A DNA stretch of 41,355 bases from a candidate division WOR-3 bacterium (GTDB lineage: Bacteria > Hydrothermota > Tepidihabitantia > SM23-42 > JAOAFX01), in the NCBI GenBank assembly GCA_039802265.1, contig JBDRWI010000012.1:1-41355 (forward strand), in the 5' to 3' direction. Below the pieces are notes generated by a model. The model saw only the letters and a list, made by a program, of their open reading frames with translations. It was not told where the DNA came from and made no database searches. Positions 17,441-27,040 of the stretch are shown here, piece by piece (position 1 is the first letter of the stretch; every line of letters starts with the position of its first letter). Made by a program: the position numbers and the translations under genes.

Positions 17441-17731
17441 ATGCTTCAGTCAAATATCAGATCTTTTAAAAAATCCGTTTTGAAGGGATTTTTTTTATTT
17501 GTCTTCGTTATTCTACCGGTCTTCTATCTGGGTAGAAAGTCTTTTCAATTATTCAAGGCATATCTTGAGGAGAGGAATTTGAAAAAGGAAATTTTGATAT
17601 TAACTGCCGAAAATGAAGCAATGCGAAAACGTATTGAAGAATATAGAAAGGGTAAGACAATGGAGGCAAAGGCACGCGATGATTTAGGAATGATTAAGAA
17701 AGGGGAAAGGATTTATATAATAAAGAAATGA
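17441..17731 (+). CDS. Septum formation initiator family protein (FtsB/DivIC-like)
   Basis: One TM, leucine-zipper coil, ARDDLGMIKKGE motif, 96 aa. Confidence 0.8.
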   Translation: MLQSNIRSFKKSVLKGFFLFVFVILPVFYLGRKSFQLFKAYLEERNLKKEILILTAENEAMRKRIEEYRKGKTMEAKARDDLGMIKKGERIYIIKK

Positions 17732-18381
17732 TCTACGAGGTAGAAATCACTCCTTTCTGGAGAGTTCTCGCTCAATCGGAAAAAAATGACTACCCGCTTG
17801 GCGCAGTTGTCCTATTATTGATTGATGAAGGCTCTGATGTCGGTACAATAGTTGCTGTCAGTAACAGTGAAGAACCAACATCAAACCGAATATTGAGATT
17901 GATAACCAATGAGGATAAACAGAAATTAGATGAAATAAAAGAGTATGAGGACTTCAGTTTTATTGAAATCAAAAATGCGATTAGTGAGTTCAATTTGGAG
18001 ATGAAGGTTGTCTATGCCCACTGCCAGTTTGATGAAGAACGCGTTATCTTCTATTTTACCTCGGAACGAAAGATAAAATTTCGCAAGCTCCATCGCTATA
18101 TCTCCCAGCGTCTAAACAAGCGGGTTGTAATCAAACAGATTGGAGTCCGGGACTATACCCGCACTTTGGGTGGCATCGGCCCCTGTGGCCGAAATTTGTG
18201 TTGTGCTACATTCTTAAGAGACCTAAAATCAATATCACTGAGGATGGCACGGGAGCAGAAAATTTTTGTCTCACCAAGTAAACTATCAGGGGTGTGTGGT
18301 AAACTATTGTGTTGTTTGAATTTTGAGGAAGATTTTTATGCCGATTTTAAGGAAAAGTTATTAAAGATAAATAACGGATAA
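17728..18381 (+). CDS. ricT: PSP1-domain Fe-S protein RicT/YaaT
   Basis: FYFTSE, QIGVRD, GGIGPCGRNLCC, KLSGVCGKLLCCL. Confidence 0.9.
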   Translation: MIYEVEITPFWRVLAQSEKNDYPLGAVVLLLIDEGSDVGTIVAVSNSEEPTSNRILRLITNEDKQKLDEIKEYEDFSFIEIKNAISEFNLEMKVVYAHCQFDEERVIFYFTSERKIKFRKLHRYISQRLNKRVVIKQIGVRDYTRTLGGIGPCGRNLCCATFLRDLKSISLRMAREQKIFVSPSKLSGVCGKLLCCLNFEEDFYADFKEKLLKINNG

Positions 18382-18386
18382 TTGGA

Positions 18387-19130
18387 GTGTCAAAAAAGAA
18401 CAGCAAGAACTGTCTGGACCACCTCCTTCAAATAGTGCGGACCCTGCGGGAGAAATGCCCATGGGATCGAAAACAGACCCTAAATTCATTGAAAAATAAC
18501 CTGATTGAAGAAACCTATGAAGTGGTCACTGCCATAGAGAATAACGACCAACAGGGTATTGCTGAAGAAATCGGAGATCTTTTATTTCTGAGTCTGTTTC
18601 TGTCCTTAATCTTTGAAGAAAAGAGCGGAGTTCCGATTCACGAATTGGTTCTTCAAACAGTGGCAAAATATAAAGAGAAACATCCTCATGTCTTTAAAGA
18701 AAAGACCTTTAAAAATTCCGATGAGATAGTAAAGTTCTGGCATAGTAAAAAAAAGGATTTATTCAAGGGTATCCCCTATGCCCTACCCGCCTTAATTGCC
18801 GCAAGGGTCATCCAGGAGAGGGCGAGCAAATTCGGTTTTGATTGGCCCGATGAAAAGGGTCCTTTTAAAAAGATAGATGAAGAACTACGCGAGTTGAAAA
18901 AGAGCGCTTCTAAGAGACAAAAAGTTAATGAACTGGGCGACCTGCTATTCTCCTGCGTTAACCTTGCCCGACACCTCGGAGTTGACCCGGAAGAGGCGCT
19001 ACGGAAGGCAAATAAAAAGTTTGTAAAAAGGTTTAGGGTGATTCAAAAAATCATAATAAAAGAGCAGAGAAATCTCAATCTTGAAGAAATGGACCGAATC
19101 TGGAACAGAATTAAAAAATCAAAATTTTAG
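18387..19130 (+). CDS. mazG: Nucleoside triphosphate pyrophosphohydrolase MazG
   Basis: CPWDRKQT, EETYE, EEIGDLL, HPHVF, GFDW, ELGDLLF; two MazG domains. Confidence 0.95.
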   Translation: MSKKNSKNCLDHLLQIVRTLREKCPWDRKQTLNSLKNNLIEETYEVVTAIENNDQQGIAEEIGDLLFLSLFLSLIFEEKSGVPIHELVLQTVAKYKEKHPHVFKEKTFKNSDEIVKFWHSKKKDLFKGIPYALPALIAARVIQERASKFGFDWPDEKGPFKKIDEELRELKKSASKRQKVNELGDLLFSCVNLARHLGVDPEEALRKANKKFVKRFRVIQKIIIKEQRNLNLEEMDRIWNRIKKSKF

Positions 19131-22100
19131 GTAATAATTGAGATAATCCAAAAAATCATCATAACGATATTCTTTTTCCTCGGCAATCTCCAATAACCTA
19201 TTAGCCAGAAAATAACCTTCTTTTATCTCATTGGTATGTTCGTCTATCTGTCCCTTATTTTTTAACAAAAAATTTAAAAAGAACCAGGCAATCATCACCT
19301 CGAATCTTTCTTTATTAAACCAGCGTTTCTTTTCATATTCATGGACCATTAAAAATTCCTGTACTTCTTTATCCTGAAAGGTTTTAACTAGACTTTCTTC
19401 ATCCTTTTTGAATGAAGTGGGAAGATTATTTAATATGTCAATAAAAACGGGTTCCAGAATTTCCGGAACCTGATTTTTCAAACTTTCTAAATCAATGGCG
19501 GTGAGAAGCAGCAGGGTCTTCTTTTTGATAATGTTGTCTTTCTGGATACCGAATTTTTCCAATGTCTGTTGAAGGATCACTTCCTTTAATCCCAATCCTG
19601 CCTCCAAAATTTTCATTCCCTTCAGTGCATAATCTATGTCCTTCACTCCCTGACCATTCAAGAATCTTTTTAATCTGCTATATTCCTTTTTCTCCCGGTC
19701 GTAGACTTCCTTGATTTCAGTAAAGACCCGATATTTGTAGGCACCCAGTTCTAAATATAATCCCTTCTCTGCCAGTTCGCCGCTTGCATATAAAAATTGG
19801 AGTCTATTCTGAGTATCACCGAATATATAATACAAATCTTTTTGTTCCTTTAAATCAAGCCCTTCAATAAGCTTTTTTCTTATAAGACTGCCCCCCCTTC
19901 TAATCGGTGCTGATAAATTAATCCATCCCCGGGTATGTTGATAGCGATTGTTATACACGACAAGGACGCGCTCCTTACCAAAACGATTTGAATAAGCAAA
20001 TACATTATCATTAATCCGCCCTTGTTCATCATAAAAATTGTAAAGAAGAAAATTTTCTACACCGCTGAAGAGATACCTCTTTTTCAGCAATGGAAAAATT
20101 TCCTTCTGGTGCCGTTTTATCAGGTATTCGTCGGGCATTTCCTCCCAGTAAGACCTTCTGTACTCCATACCGTATTTCTCTTTAAAGCCTTCTATCTGTC
20201 CGTGAGCAAACATACACAATCCGGGCATTGTAGCAAGGAGCACACAAACACCAAAATACTTGTCATCTTTGCCAAACTGATCAACTGCAGTGAGTTCGTC
20301 GGGATTACTCATAAAATTAACAAAGCGCCGCAGGATTTCTGGATTGAATTCAAGAATATTCTTCAACACCTGATGGTATTCTCTATTATGCTCCATCTTC
20401 AACATATTCATAAAAGCACTGTTATACACGCGATGCATACCCAAATTGCGCACAAAGTATCCCTCCATCAACCAGAACGCCTCAGCAAGGAGCAAGGTAT
20501 CGGGTGTCTCGCGGGCTATCCTCTCTACCACCTCGCGCCAGAACTCCTTGGGAAACAACCTGTTAAATTCATTGCGACTCATACTCCATTGAGTTCTTGA
20601 AGGTATATCACCTCCTTTCCCGGGCTCAGGAAACCACAATCGCTGATAATGTCTTTTGGTAAGGGTCATTGCAGCATCAAGTCTGATGATCGGGCTTTTT
20701 CTGGCAACTTCAATAATCTTTTTTATAACTGCCTCCCGAACCTCAGGAATGAGAAAATTCAACTGGGCTGTATCATTCCAGGGTGTGCTGGTGCCGTCGT
20801 TGCCGTGATAGATATATCTTATCCGACCGCTCTTTCTATCTACAAGTTTAAATACTACCGCTGCATCAGTGCGAGTGTAGTAACCATCCTCAATGTAAAT
20901 CTCTATCTCCGGGTCGTCGGAGAGGTTTGGACCGTTGAACTTATAGTTAAAAAATGGAAGAGTGTCGGTTTGAATAAACCACTCGGGATGTTCTTTTATC
21001 CATAAAGAATCTATGGCAGTATGATTTGGGACAATGTCAACAGCAATCCTGATGTTTCGTTTTATTGCCCGTTCTTTGAGATTATTAAACGCCGCCTCCC
21101 CACCCAGGTCGCTGGCAACAACATAATCATATATTGAATAGGCTGAGGCAATTGCCTCGGGGTTACCGCAGAGTTTCTTTATTTTTGCCGATGCTTGGCT
21201 GCGCTCCCATATTCCAATAAGCCATAGGGCATTAAATCCCCAGTCGCTCAGCAGGTCAAGTTCCTCATCGGGAATCTGGTCAAGCCTTGTTATCTGCCTT
21301 TGATACTTTCTACTCAGTTGATAAAGCCAGACATAGGTGTGTTTGGCAATCATCACGATATTGGGCATCCATTTTGTATCGGGGGTGAATCGTTCTTCAT
21401 CAATGTGCAGTTCCAGATTTGCCGCATTATCGGGGGTAAATTCTAAAATCAATGTCGGTCCTGGTCCGCCGGGGCGCTCCTTTTCCTCTTCTCTTATAAA
21501 ATCAAGGGCAATTAAGAATCTTTCAGTCAGTTTGTCACTAAATTGTGGGGAAATTAACAAATGCCAGTGTTGTTTAATATATTGCAATTGTCCGGCAAGA
21601 GAAAAGGGTGACGCCCTCATCGGCGACTTCAAGAGTTCGATAAGTGTCTGGTTATAGGGTCCGAATGGGGGCTGTTTTCTAAAGAATTCCTCAAGCAATT
21701 CAATGATTGCATTGTAGTGTGTCTTCTCTTTTAAACCGGTGTCATCAAACAATTCCCGGAATGGGTTGAATGCCGGATTTTCATTGGCTAAAAATACCAA
21801 AATCATTTCCTTCAGGGTGATGGTTTTATTTACAACTTTCTCCAGATATTCCTCGGCTGATTCATTTTCCAGATAGACCGGAAGGGGTGGAAAAAAATTT
21901 ATAAAAGTCTTTAATGTCTCTTCAACCTCCTTTGCCCCAAGTTTCTTTTTCAATTCATCAATCGCCATCTCAAAGACATCCGGCTTTTTCTCAGATTGAT
22001 ACTTCTCTATAACTAAGTGTAGTATTTCATCAATTAAGCCCATTGCATTCAGCTGAGAAGGTTTGAGATAGGGTAGTTTCTTTTCTCTGCGTTGGCGGTT

Positions 22101-22226
22101 TAACTTATCGGTAAATGACTTTACCGAAACCAGATCAACGAAGACAACATTACCGCTTAACTGATAAAGACTTCGGTCAAAATTATATCGGTCTCGGACT
22201 TCTTTCAGAATATGGAATTCAAACAT
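19119..22226 (-). CDS. Large GH13 alpha-amylase-family glycoside hydrolase
   Basis: DIVPNH (region I), RLDAAM (nucleophile), LAEAFW (acid/base), SNPDE (region IV); long helical N- and C-terminal extensions; no signal peptide. Confidence 0.88.
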   Translation of the reverse strand: MFEFHILKEVRDRYNFDRSLYQLSGNVVFVDLVSVKSFTDKLNRQRREKKLPYLKPSQLNAMGLIDEILHLVIEKYQSEKKPDVFEMAIDELKKKLGAKEVEETLKTFINFFPPLPVYLENESAEEYLEKVVNKTITLKEMILVFLANENPAFNPFRELFDDTGLKEKTHYNAIIELLEEFFRKQPPFGPYNQTLIELLKSPMRASPFSLAGQLQYIKQHWHLLISPQFSDKLTERFLIALDFIREEEKERPGGPGPTLILEFTPDNAANLELHIDEERFTPDTKWMPNIVMIAKHTYVWLYQLSRKYQRQITRLDQIPDEELDLLSDWGFNALWLIGIWERSQASAKIKKLCGNPEAIASAYSIYDYVVASDLGGEAAFNNLKERAIKRNIRIAVDIVPNHTAIDSLWIKEHPEWFIQTDTLPFFNYKFNGPNLSDDPEIEIYIEDGYYTRTDAAVVFKLVDRKSGRIRYIYHGNDGTSTPWNDTAQLNFLIPEVREAVIKKIIEVARKSPIIRLDAAMTLTKRHYQRLWFPEPGKGGDIPSRTQWSMSRNEFNRLFPKEFWREVVERIARETPDTLLLAEAFWLMEGYFVRNLGMHRVYNSAFMNMLKMEHNREYHQVLKNILEFNPEILRRFVNFMSNPDELTAVDQFGKDDKYFGVCVLLATMPGLCMFAHGQIEGFKEKYGMEYRRSYWEEMPDEYLIKRHQKEIFPLLKKRYLFSGVENFLLYNFYDEQGRINDNVFAYSNRFGKERVLVVYNNRYQHTRGWINLSAPIRRGGSLIRKKLIEGLDLKEQKDLYYIFGDTQNRLQFLYASGELAEKGLYLELGAYKYRVFTEIKEVYDREKKEYSRLKRFLNGQGVKDIDYALKGMKILEAGLGLKEVILQQTLEKFGIQKDNIIKKKTLLLLTAIDLESLKNQVPEILEPVFIDILNNLPTSFKKDEESLVKTFQDKEVQEFLMVHEYEKKRWFNKERFEVMIAWFFLNFLLKNKGQIDEHTNEIKEGYFLANRLLEIAEEKEYRYDDFLDYLNYYLKF

Positions 22227-22272
22227 AAAAAAATAGATGCTGGAGCTTTACGGCATTTGACTATTTATTACA

Positions 22273-22512
22273 CTATTTATCTTCCCCCTTTGTGGATTTT
22301 GCAATCTGGGCTTCAAGCTCCTGAATCCGCTCTACAAGTTTCTCTTTCTCTCTTTCCTTTTCTTTCTGGGCGATGCGCGTCAGCATTGCAAAGGCGATTG
22401 CCATCAGGATTATTGCCCAGAACGGAGTAAACCATTCAAATATATTGTAAATATTAAATAAAAGCGCCAGCACCCCCAAAATAAAGAGAATAAGTGCCCA
22501 TATCGCCATCAT
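22273..22512 (-). CDS. Small membrane protein (2 TM + coiled-coil tail)
   Basis: Own perfect promoter, SD AGGGGG, two hydrophobic segments and a charged coil; start at 22512 or 22509. Confidence 0.75.
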   Translation of the reverse strand: MMAIWALILFILGVLALLFNIYNIFEWFTPFWAIILMAIAFAMLTRIAQKEKEREKEKLVERIQELEAQIAKSTKGEDK

Positions 22513-22530
22513 ACCCCCTATGATAATAAT

Positions 22531-22558
22531 ATTATAATTACCTATCCTTCAATGTCAA
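22531..22558 (-). promoter_or_regulatory. sigma70 promoter TTGACA-N16-TATAAT
   Basis: TGTCAA 22553-22558, ATTATA 22531-22536. Confidence 0.8.
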
Positions 22559-22675
22559 GACGATTTAAACCTGACTCCTTTACCCCCTCAAGGGCAGGCT
22601 ATGTTCATTATTTCGGTTATTTAGAACTTATTAAGTATAAAAAATTAGAGCTTGGTTAGAATTTAAAACATTTCG

Positions 22676-22703
22676 TTGACAGAATTGCAACAATCCGTAT
22701 ACT
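22676..22703 (+). promoter_or_regulatory. sigma70 promoter TTGACA-N16-TATACT, leaderless to ATG 22709
   Basis: TTGACA 22676-22681 (the ORF track's TTG start is the -35 box), TATACT 22698-22703. Confidence 0.78.
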
Positions 22704-22708
22704 ATATT

Positions 22709-24073
22709 ATGCTCGGTCAAAAGAAAATATTAATTTTATTTTTCTTACTCTTTTCAATTTTATATTTCTTTTTCTATCCCCTGACAATTGGAATTGTTGA
22801 TGAAACTGCCTATCTAAGTACCGCTTATACCCTTCAGAAAGGGAGTATCTATTATGAACAGGCTGGGATAACATCGGTTCCGGCAATGATTGAAGCAAAA
22901 GGTCATCTCGTCTCAAGATATCCGCCCGGGAATAGTATTTTATTACTGCCGTTTACCACAATCAACTGGCGTTTTTCCTTCTTAAGGGGATACCTCTTAA
23001 TGGGATTGGGCTATCTACTGGTTATCCTACTCTTATCCCACTTTCGCCTGTCTGTTTTCTACTCATTATTATTCCTTTTCCACCCTTCTTTTATCTTGTA
23101 TTCGCGGACAATAATGAGCGATTTACCGGGTTGTATCTTCATTCTCCTCGCACTATATCTATTTATAAAAAATAAACCCTGCTTTGCGGGGTTGATTTTT
23201 GGATTGGGAATCGCCATTCGCTATCCGCTACTGCTCATTCCCGGCGCCCTCGGTCTGGTTTTGATACTACAAAATCGTATCAAAGAGTTTTTAAAGGTAG
23301 CAATTGGGACAATAATCGGCATTCTCCCTCTTCTCTTCTATCATCTCTTACTCTTTAATTCACCCCTGGATCCAATAAAGGCAAGTGCGGTTGGTTTTTC
23401 AATAAAGAATTTCCCCAACATGTTCCTAAACATCTCTGTGAGTTTAAATCTCCTCTATCCATTTCTTTTGATTATACCATTCTTCGCTAAATTGAAAGAA
23501 AAATGGATTTTTATCACCCCGGCGATTTTTTTTGTAGTATTTTTCTCTTTTTATTATTTCCGTGATACCGGCCAGAACTTCTGGGAGGCACTCGTTCTTC
23601 AACAGCGTTTTATGTTGCCGGTTATTCCTTTTTTGCTTATCCCGTATACCGAAATGCTCCAAAATCAGAAAATAATCAATAAACTCGGAACCATCTTTAT
23701 ACCCCTTTTATTCTTTTCGAGCGTTGTAATCAGTTATGCCCACCAGCGCTTCCTTAAAGAAGAGATATCTTACCAGAAAAAACTTTATACCTTTGCCAAG
23801 GATGCGGATTTAATTATCTGTAATAAGGATGTCTTTGAACTGATCAACCCGTATATTAAACCCTTGAGGTGGGTGCCCTTTGAAATAGAGGGCAGATTGG
23901 TTTTTCCAAAGGAATATAAAGATTCCGATAGAAATATTTTGTTTATCTGTCTTGCGCGACAGATTCGAATAAGGACATTGTTTGAGGAATTTTTGTGCCA
24001 ATTTCCGGAGGCAAAGGAGATATACAGGGAAACACATCCGTTCTATTTTTCCTTCTACCAGCTATTCAAGTGA
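22709..24073 (+). CDS. GT-C fold membrane glycosyltransferase (ArnT/PMT/GT39-like)
   Basis: DETAY motif after the first TM, YPPG, MSD, RF-LP, many TM helices, soluble C-terminal domain. Confidence 0.72.
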   Translation: MLGQKKILILFFLLFSILYFFFYPLTIGIVDETAYLSTAYTLQKGSIYYEQAGITSVPAMIEAKGHLVSRYPPGNSILLLPFTTINWRFSFLRGYLLMGLGYLLVILLLSHFRLSVFYSLLFLFHPSFILYSRTIMSDLPGCIFILLALYLFIKNKPCFAGLIFGLGIAIRYPLLLIPGALGLVLILQNRIKEFLKVAIGTIIGILPLLFYHLLLFNSPLDPIKASAVGFSIKNFPNMFLNISVSLNLLYPFLLIIPFFAKLKEKWIFITPAIFFVVFFSFYYFRDTGQNFWEALVLQQRFMLPVIPFLLIPYTEMLQNQKIINKLGTIFIPLLFFSSVVISYAHQRFLKEEISYQKKLYTFAKDADLIICNKDVFELINPYIKPLRWVPFEIEGRLVFPKEYKDSDRNILFICLARQIRIRTLFEEFLCQFPEAKEIYRETHPFYFSFYQLFK

Positions 24074-24205
24074 TGTTCCGTGAATCTCTTGTGGCCTCTC
24101 TTTCCTGTAATGAATTTAGCACAATAGGTAAGTTTTTTCCAGAATGCTGAAACCAAAGGTTAGAAATCGAATTTATCAGGACGAAAACAAAGGAATTTAT
24201 TGTGG

Positions 24206-24319
24206 CTCTTCTCCAAAAATTTGGGGGAGGGATAAAAAGCTTGAAACCTAAAATTTTAAGGAACCCCTCACCCCTGCCCTCTCCCCGCTAAAACGGGGAG
24301 GGGATAAAGGTGAAAGGGT
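24206..24319. repeat. Two related REP-like GC-rich hairpins between convergent genes
   Basis: CTCTTCTCCAA-AAAT-TTGGGGGAGGG-ATAAA (24206-24236) and ACCCCTCACC...CTCCCCG-CTAAAA-CGGGGAG-GGG-ATAAA-GGTGAAAGGGT (24263-24319). Confidence 0.6.
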
Positions 24320-24556
24320 CCATATTGGTTTTGAGTTATACACCTGTACCGGAAAACAGTGAAAGAATCAGGATGTTGATTTAGTCTTTTTGGAAAAATA
24401 GCCCTATTAAACTTTTTATTTTTCAAGCCTTTTTAACAACTTGAACAGATAAAGAAGTTTTTAGCAAAAATCCCCAACTAAATTGGAGATGACCCTTTAT
24501 TGTTTAAGATTAAAAATGTGATAGGAACTCAAAGAAATTTGATAATGATAATCGCC

Positions 24557-26992
24557 TCATCTAATTGCCTCGGTCCAGTTATTAATTTCGGTTATAGTTT
24601 CAATTGGCATTACCGGAAGAGCCTGACCGTTATATCGGGCATAGAAATTTAACTGATGGATAAATTCTGCGTATCCCTTATCCACTTCAATCAGTCTGGG
24701 TTTAAAGAAATCAGGGGCAATGACCTCGGGTCTTGGATATTCAACGATTGTAATCTCTTCATCCCTTGGTATTCCTGATTTCTCTTTGGCGAGCATTATT
24801 GCGGTCTCAAGTCCACCAAGTGTATCAACAAGTCCAATCTCTTTAGCACGAATACCTGACCAGACCCTGCCCTGGGCAATCTCTTCTATCTCTTCCGTTT
24901 TCATCTTCCTGCCTTCTGCTACCTTGGTGATAAAATCTTTATAGAGGGTTTTCATCTGATGCTCCATCTTCTTCCTTTCCTCTTCGGTCAAGTTTCTATC
25001 CGGTATTTGCCCTAAGAATGGGAAATTAAACCCGAAACCGATATCTGCGTGCTCACCTGCCTTTACAAAATCGGTGGAGACGCCTAATTTCTCCTTGAAC
25101 TCCTTGTTATAGATCCAGACACCGATAACGCCGATCGAGCCGGTTATCGTCCCCGGTGCCGAAACGATTTCATTACCATACATAGAAAGCCAGTATCCAC
25201 CGGAGCCAGCAACAAGTCCCTGACTCACAATTACCGGTTTCTTCTTACTACATTTCTTTAATGCCTCAGCGACAATATCTGACGCAAGGGCGCTACCGCC
25301 GGGTGAATCAACACGAAAGACCACCGCCTTAATATCTTTTCTTTCGGTCACTTCTTCAATGTCCCTAACCAGACTCCGTGCCTTGATTCCTGTATCCATT
25401 GCGCATTCGCCAAGGGCATAGATAATCGCGACCTTCGGCCTTTCACCCCAGTGGTCATCCCTGGGCAATTGGTAATAGACAAGTGCCGGTGGAGAGACAA
25501 AGGTCTTTTTCCTGCCCTCAATTGATGCTACGACATCCTTTATCTCTGTCCAGCGGCCGATTGTATCAACAAGCCCCCGCGCCAGTGCTTCTTTAGGTAG
25601 AAATATTACCTCTTGATTCACCAGTTGATCAAACTCTTCGGGTTTGAGATTTCTTCCGGCACAGATATCAGACTTGAGTGTATTATAAAGGTCATCCACA
25701 ATTACCTGCCATTGTTCTCTATCCGCCTCTGACATATTTTCTCTTGATAAAACTTCAGCCGCGGATTTATACTTAAAGAAACGCCACTCATCAACGCCGA
25801 TACCCAATTTATCAAGGGCCCCCTTGAGATACATTCTACCATGGAGCAGACCCGGTAAGAAAATACTGCCGGCCGGGTCAAGGACAATTTTGTCCGCTAT
25901 CGACGCCAGATGATAGCCGAAGATCTCTACTTCATCAATATAAATTACTACATTTTTGCCCGTAGATTTAAAATCCTTCAGTTTTTCTCTCAATTCCCAG
26001 ACCATTTCCCAGTTTGCCAACATCCCTGATGTATTGATTGCAATACCACTGATAGTGGGGTCATCCTTGGCAATGTCAATGATTTTAATAAGTGATAGAA
26101 GGGTATTTTTCCTATCAAACAAGAGATGGCGTCGGTACTCGATCGGGCCATTTAAGTCAAGTTCAAGATATCGTTTCTTCCTCTGGATTAAAGGTTGGAA
26201 TATATTACGGTCATAGGCACCCAGTCTAACCCCATAGGTATTGAAACTATGGTTATGTTGTGAATCAAAATGTAATTGGCTGATTGTCCCGAGTCTACCA
26301 AAGCTGATATTAAATCCAATGGTGAAACTGCGGTCATTAAAGTATCGGGCGGTAAATCTTATCCCTGAAAGGGGCTCAAGCACAATACCCATACTGTAGG
26401 GGCTGCTTTTTAGTGCTGTGCCCTTCTTTATTGCATAATCACCGAAGAGGGTAAACTTTTCATTCCCCAACGGTCTAAAGCCAAAATCTATATACCCTTC
26501 ACGATCACCGCCCGAGGTCGCAAATGAACCTACAATCCCTGCCGAGAAAAACTTAACCGGACGATTCAAAAATCCAATCTTCAAAATATTCGGTTGCCTT
26601 AGGATATTGGTATCACTTGTTGCCCATTCATATCCAATCCCAAAACCCTGCCTCCGATTACCCAGTGCCAGCGCGAGGTTATAGCAGGTAAACGAGCCGA
26701 CGGACTTTTTTTGATTTCTCAGAGAAAACCCCAAATAGGGCAAACCCGTAAATAGACCCCAGTCATTAAACTCATTCCAGTTGCCCCTTTGGTCAGACCA
26801 GTAAAATGCCATATCAAAATTATGGAGGTAAGTCAAAATTGCCGGATTATCAAGACCATAAAGACCGCTACCCAATGCCCCGGATGAGGCGAGAAGAAAG
26901 TCATTCCGCTCATGGAATGGAGGAATCTTTGTTACAGGAAAGAGAAGATTTAATATGAAGCACAAAAGAAAAATAATTTTTTTGTTGCCCAT
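24557..26992 (-). CDS. sppA: Signal peptide peptidase SppA (S49, two-domain) with extra N-terminal beta-rich domain
   Basis: KYKSA (Lys), RVDSPGGS, GSGGYW (Ser), TITGSIGV, AQGRVWSG, GLVDTLGG; SD AAGGAG. Confidence 0.9.
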   Translation of the reverse strand: MGNKKIIFLLCFILNLLFPVTKIPPFHERNDFLLASSGALGSGLYGLDNPAILTYLHNFDMAFYWSDQRGNWNEFNDWGLFTGLPYLGFSLRNQKKSVGSFTCYNLALALGNRRQGFGIGYEWATSDTNILRQPNILKIGFLNRPVKFFSAGIVGSFATSGGDREGYIDFGFRPLGNEKFTLFGDYAIKKGTALKSSPYSMGIVLEPLSGIRFTARYFNDRSFTIGFNISFGRLGTISQLHFDSQHNHSFNTYGVRLGAYDRNIFQPLIQRKKRYLELDLNGPIEYRRHLLFDRKNTLLSLIKIIDIAKDDPTISGIAINTSGMLANWEMVWELREKLKDFKSTGKNVVIYIDEVEIFGYHLASIADKIVLDPAGSIFLPGLLHGRMYLKGALDKLGIGVDEWRFFKYKSAAEVLSRENMSEADREQWQVIVDDLYNTLKSDICAGRNLKPEEFDQLVNQEVIFLPKEALARGLVDTIGRWTEIKDVVASIEGRKKTFVSPPALVYYQLPRDDHWGERPKVAIIYALGECAMDTGIKARSLVRDIEEVTERKDIKAVVFRVDSPGGSALASDIVAEALKKCSKKKPVIVSQGLVAGSGGYWLSMYGNEIVSAPGTITGSIGVIGVWIYNKEFKEKLGVSTDFVKAGEHADIGFGFNFPFLGQIPDRNLTEEERKKMEHQMKTLYKDFITKVAEGRKMKTEEIEEIAQGRVWSGIRAKEIGLVDTLGGLETAIMLAKEKSGIPRDEEITIVEYPRPEVIAPDFFKPRLIEVDKGYAEFIHQLNFYARYNGQALPVMPIETITEINNWTEAIR

Positions 26993-27012
26993 TTCTTCTC
27001 CTTTTGATTATA

Positions 27013-27040
27013 ATTTTACCAAAAATGGGATGAAAGTCAA
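27013..27040 (-). promoter_or_regulatory. sigma70 promoter TTGACT-N16-TAAAAT for sppA
   Basis: AGTCAA 27035-27040, ATTTTA 27013-27018. Confidence 0.65.

Noticed and set aside
18387..19130. MazG (and dUTPase) as phage or defence-island markers
   Set aside because: Both are ordinary full-length housekeeping forms in core-gene operons, with no mazEF, integrase or phage genes.
20022..21657. Plus-strand ORFs of 106-192 aa opposite the GH13 gene, and the many similar short ORFs nested in other genes
   Set aside because: They are antisense or alternate-frame shadows of well-supported CDSs, with no motifs, SD or promoter.
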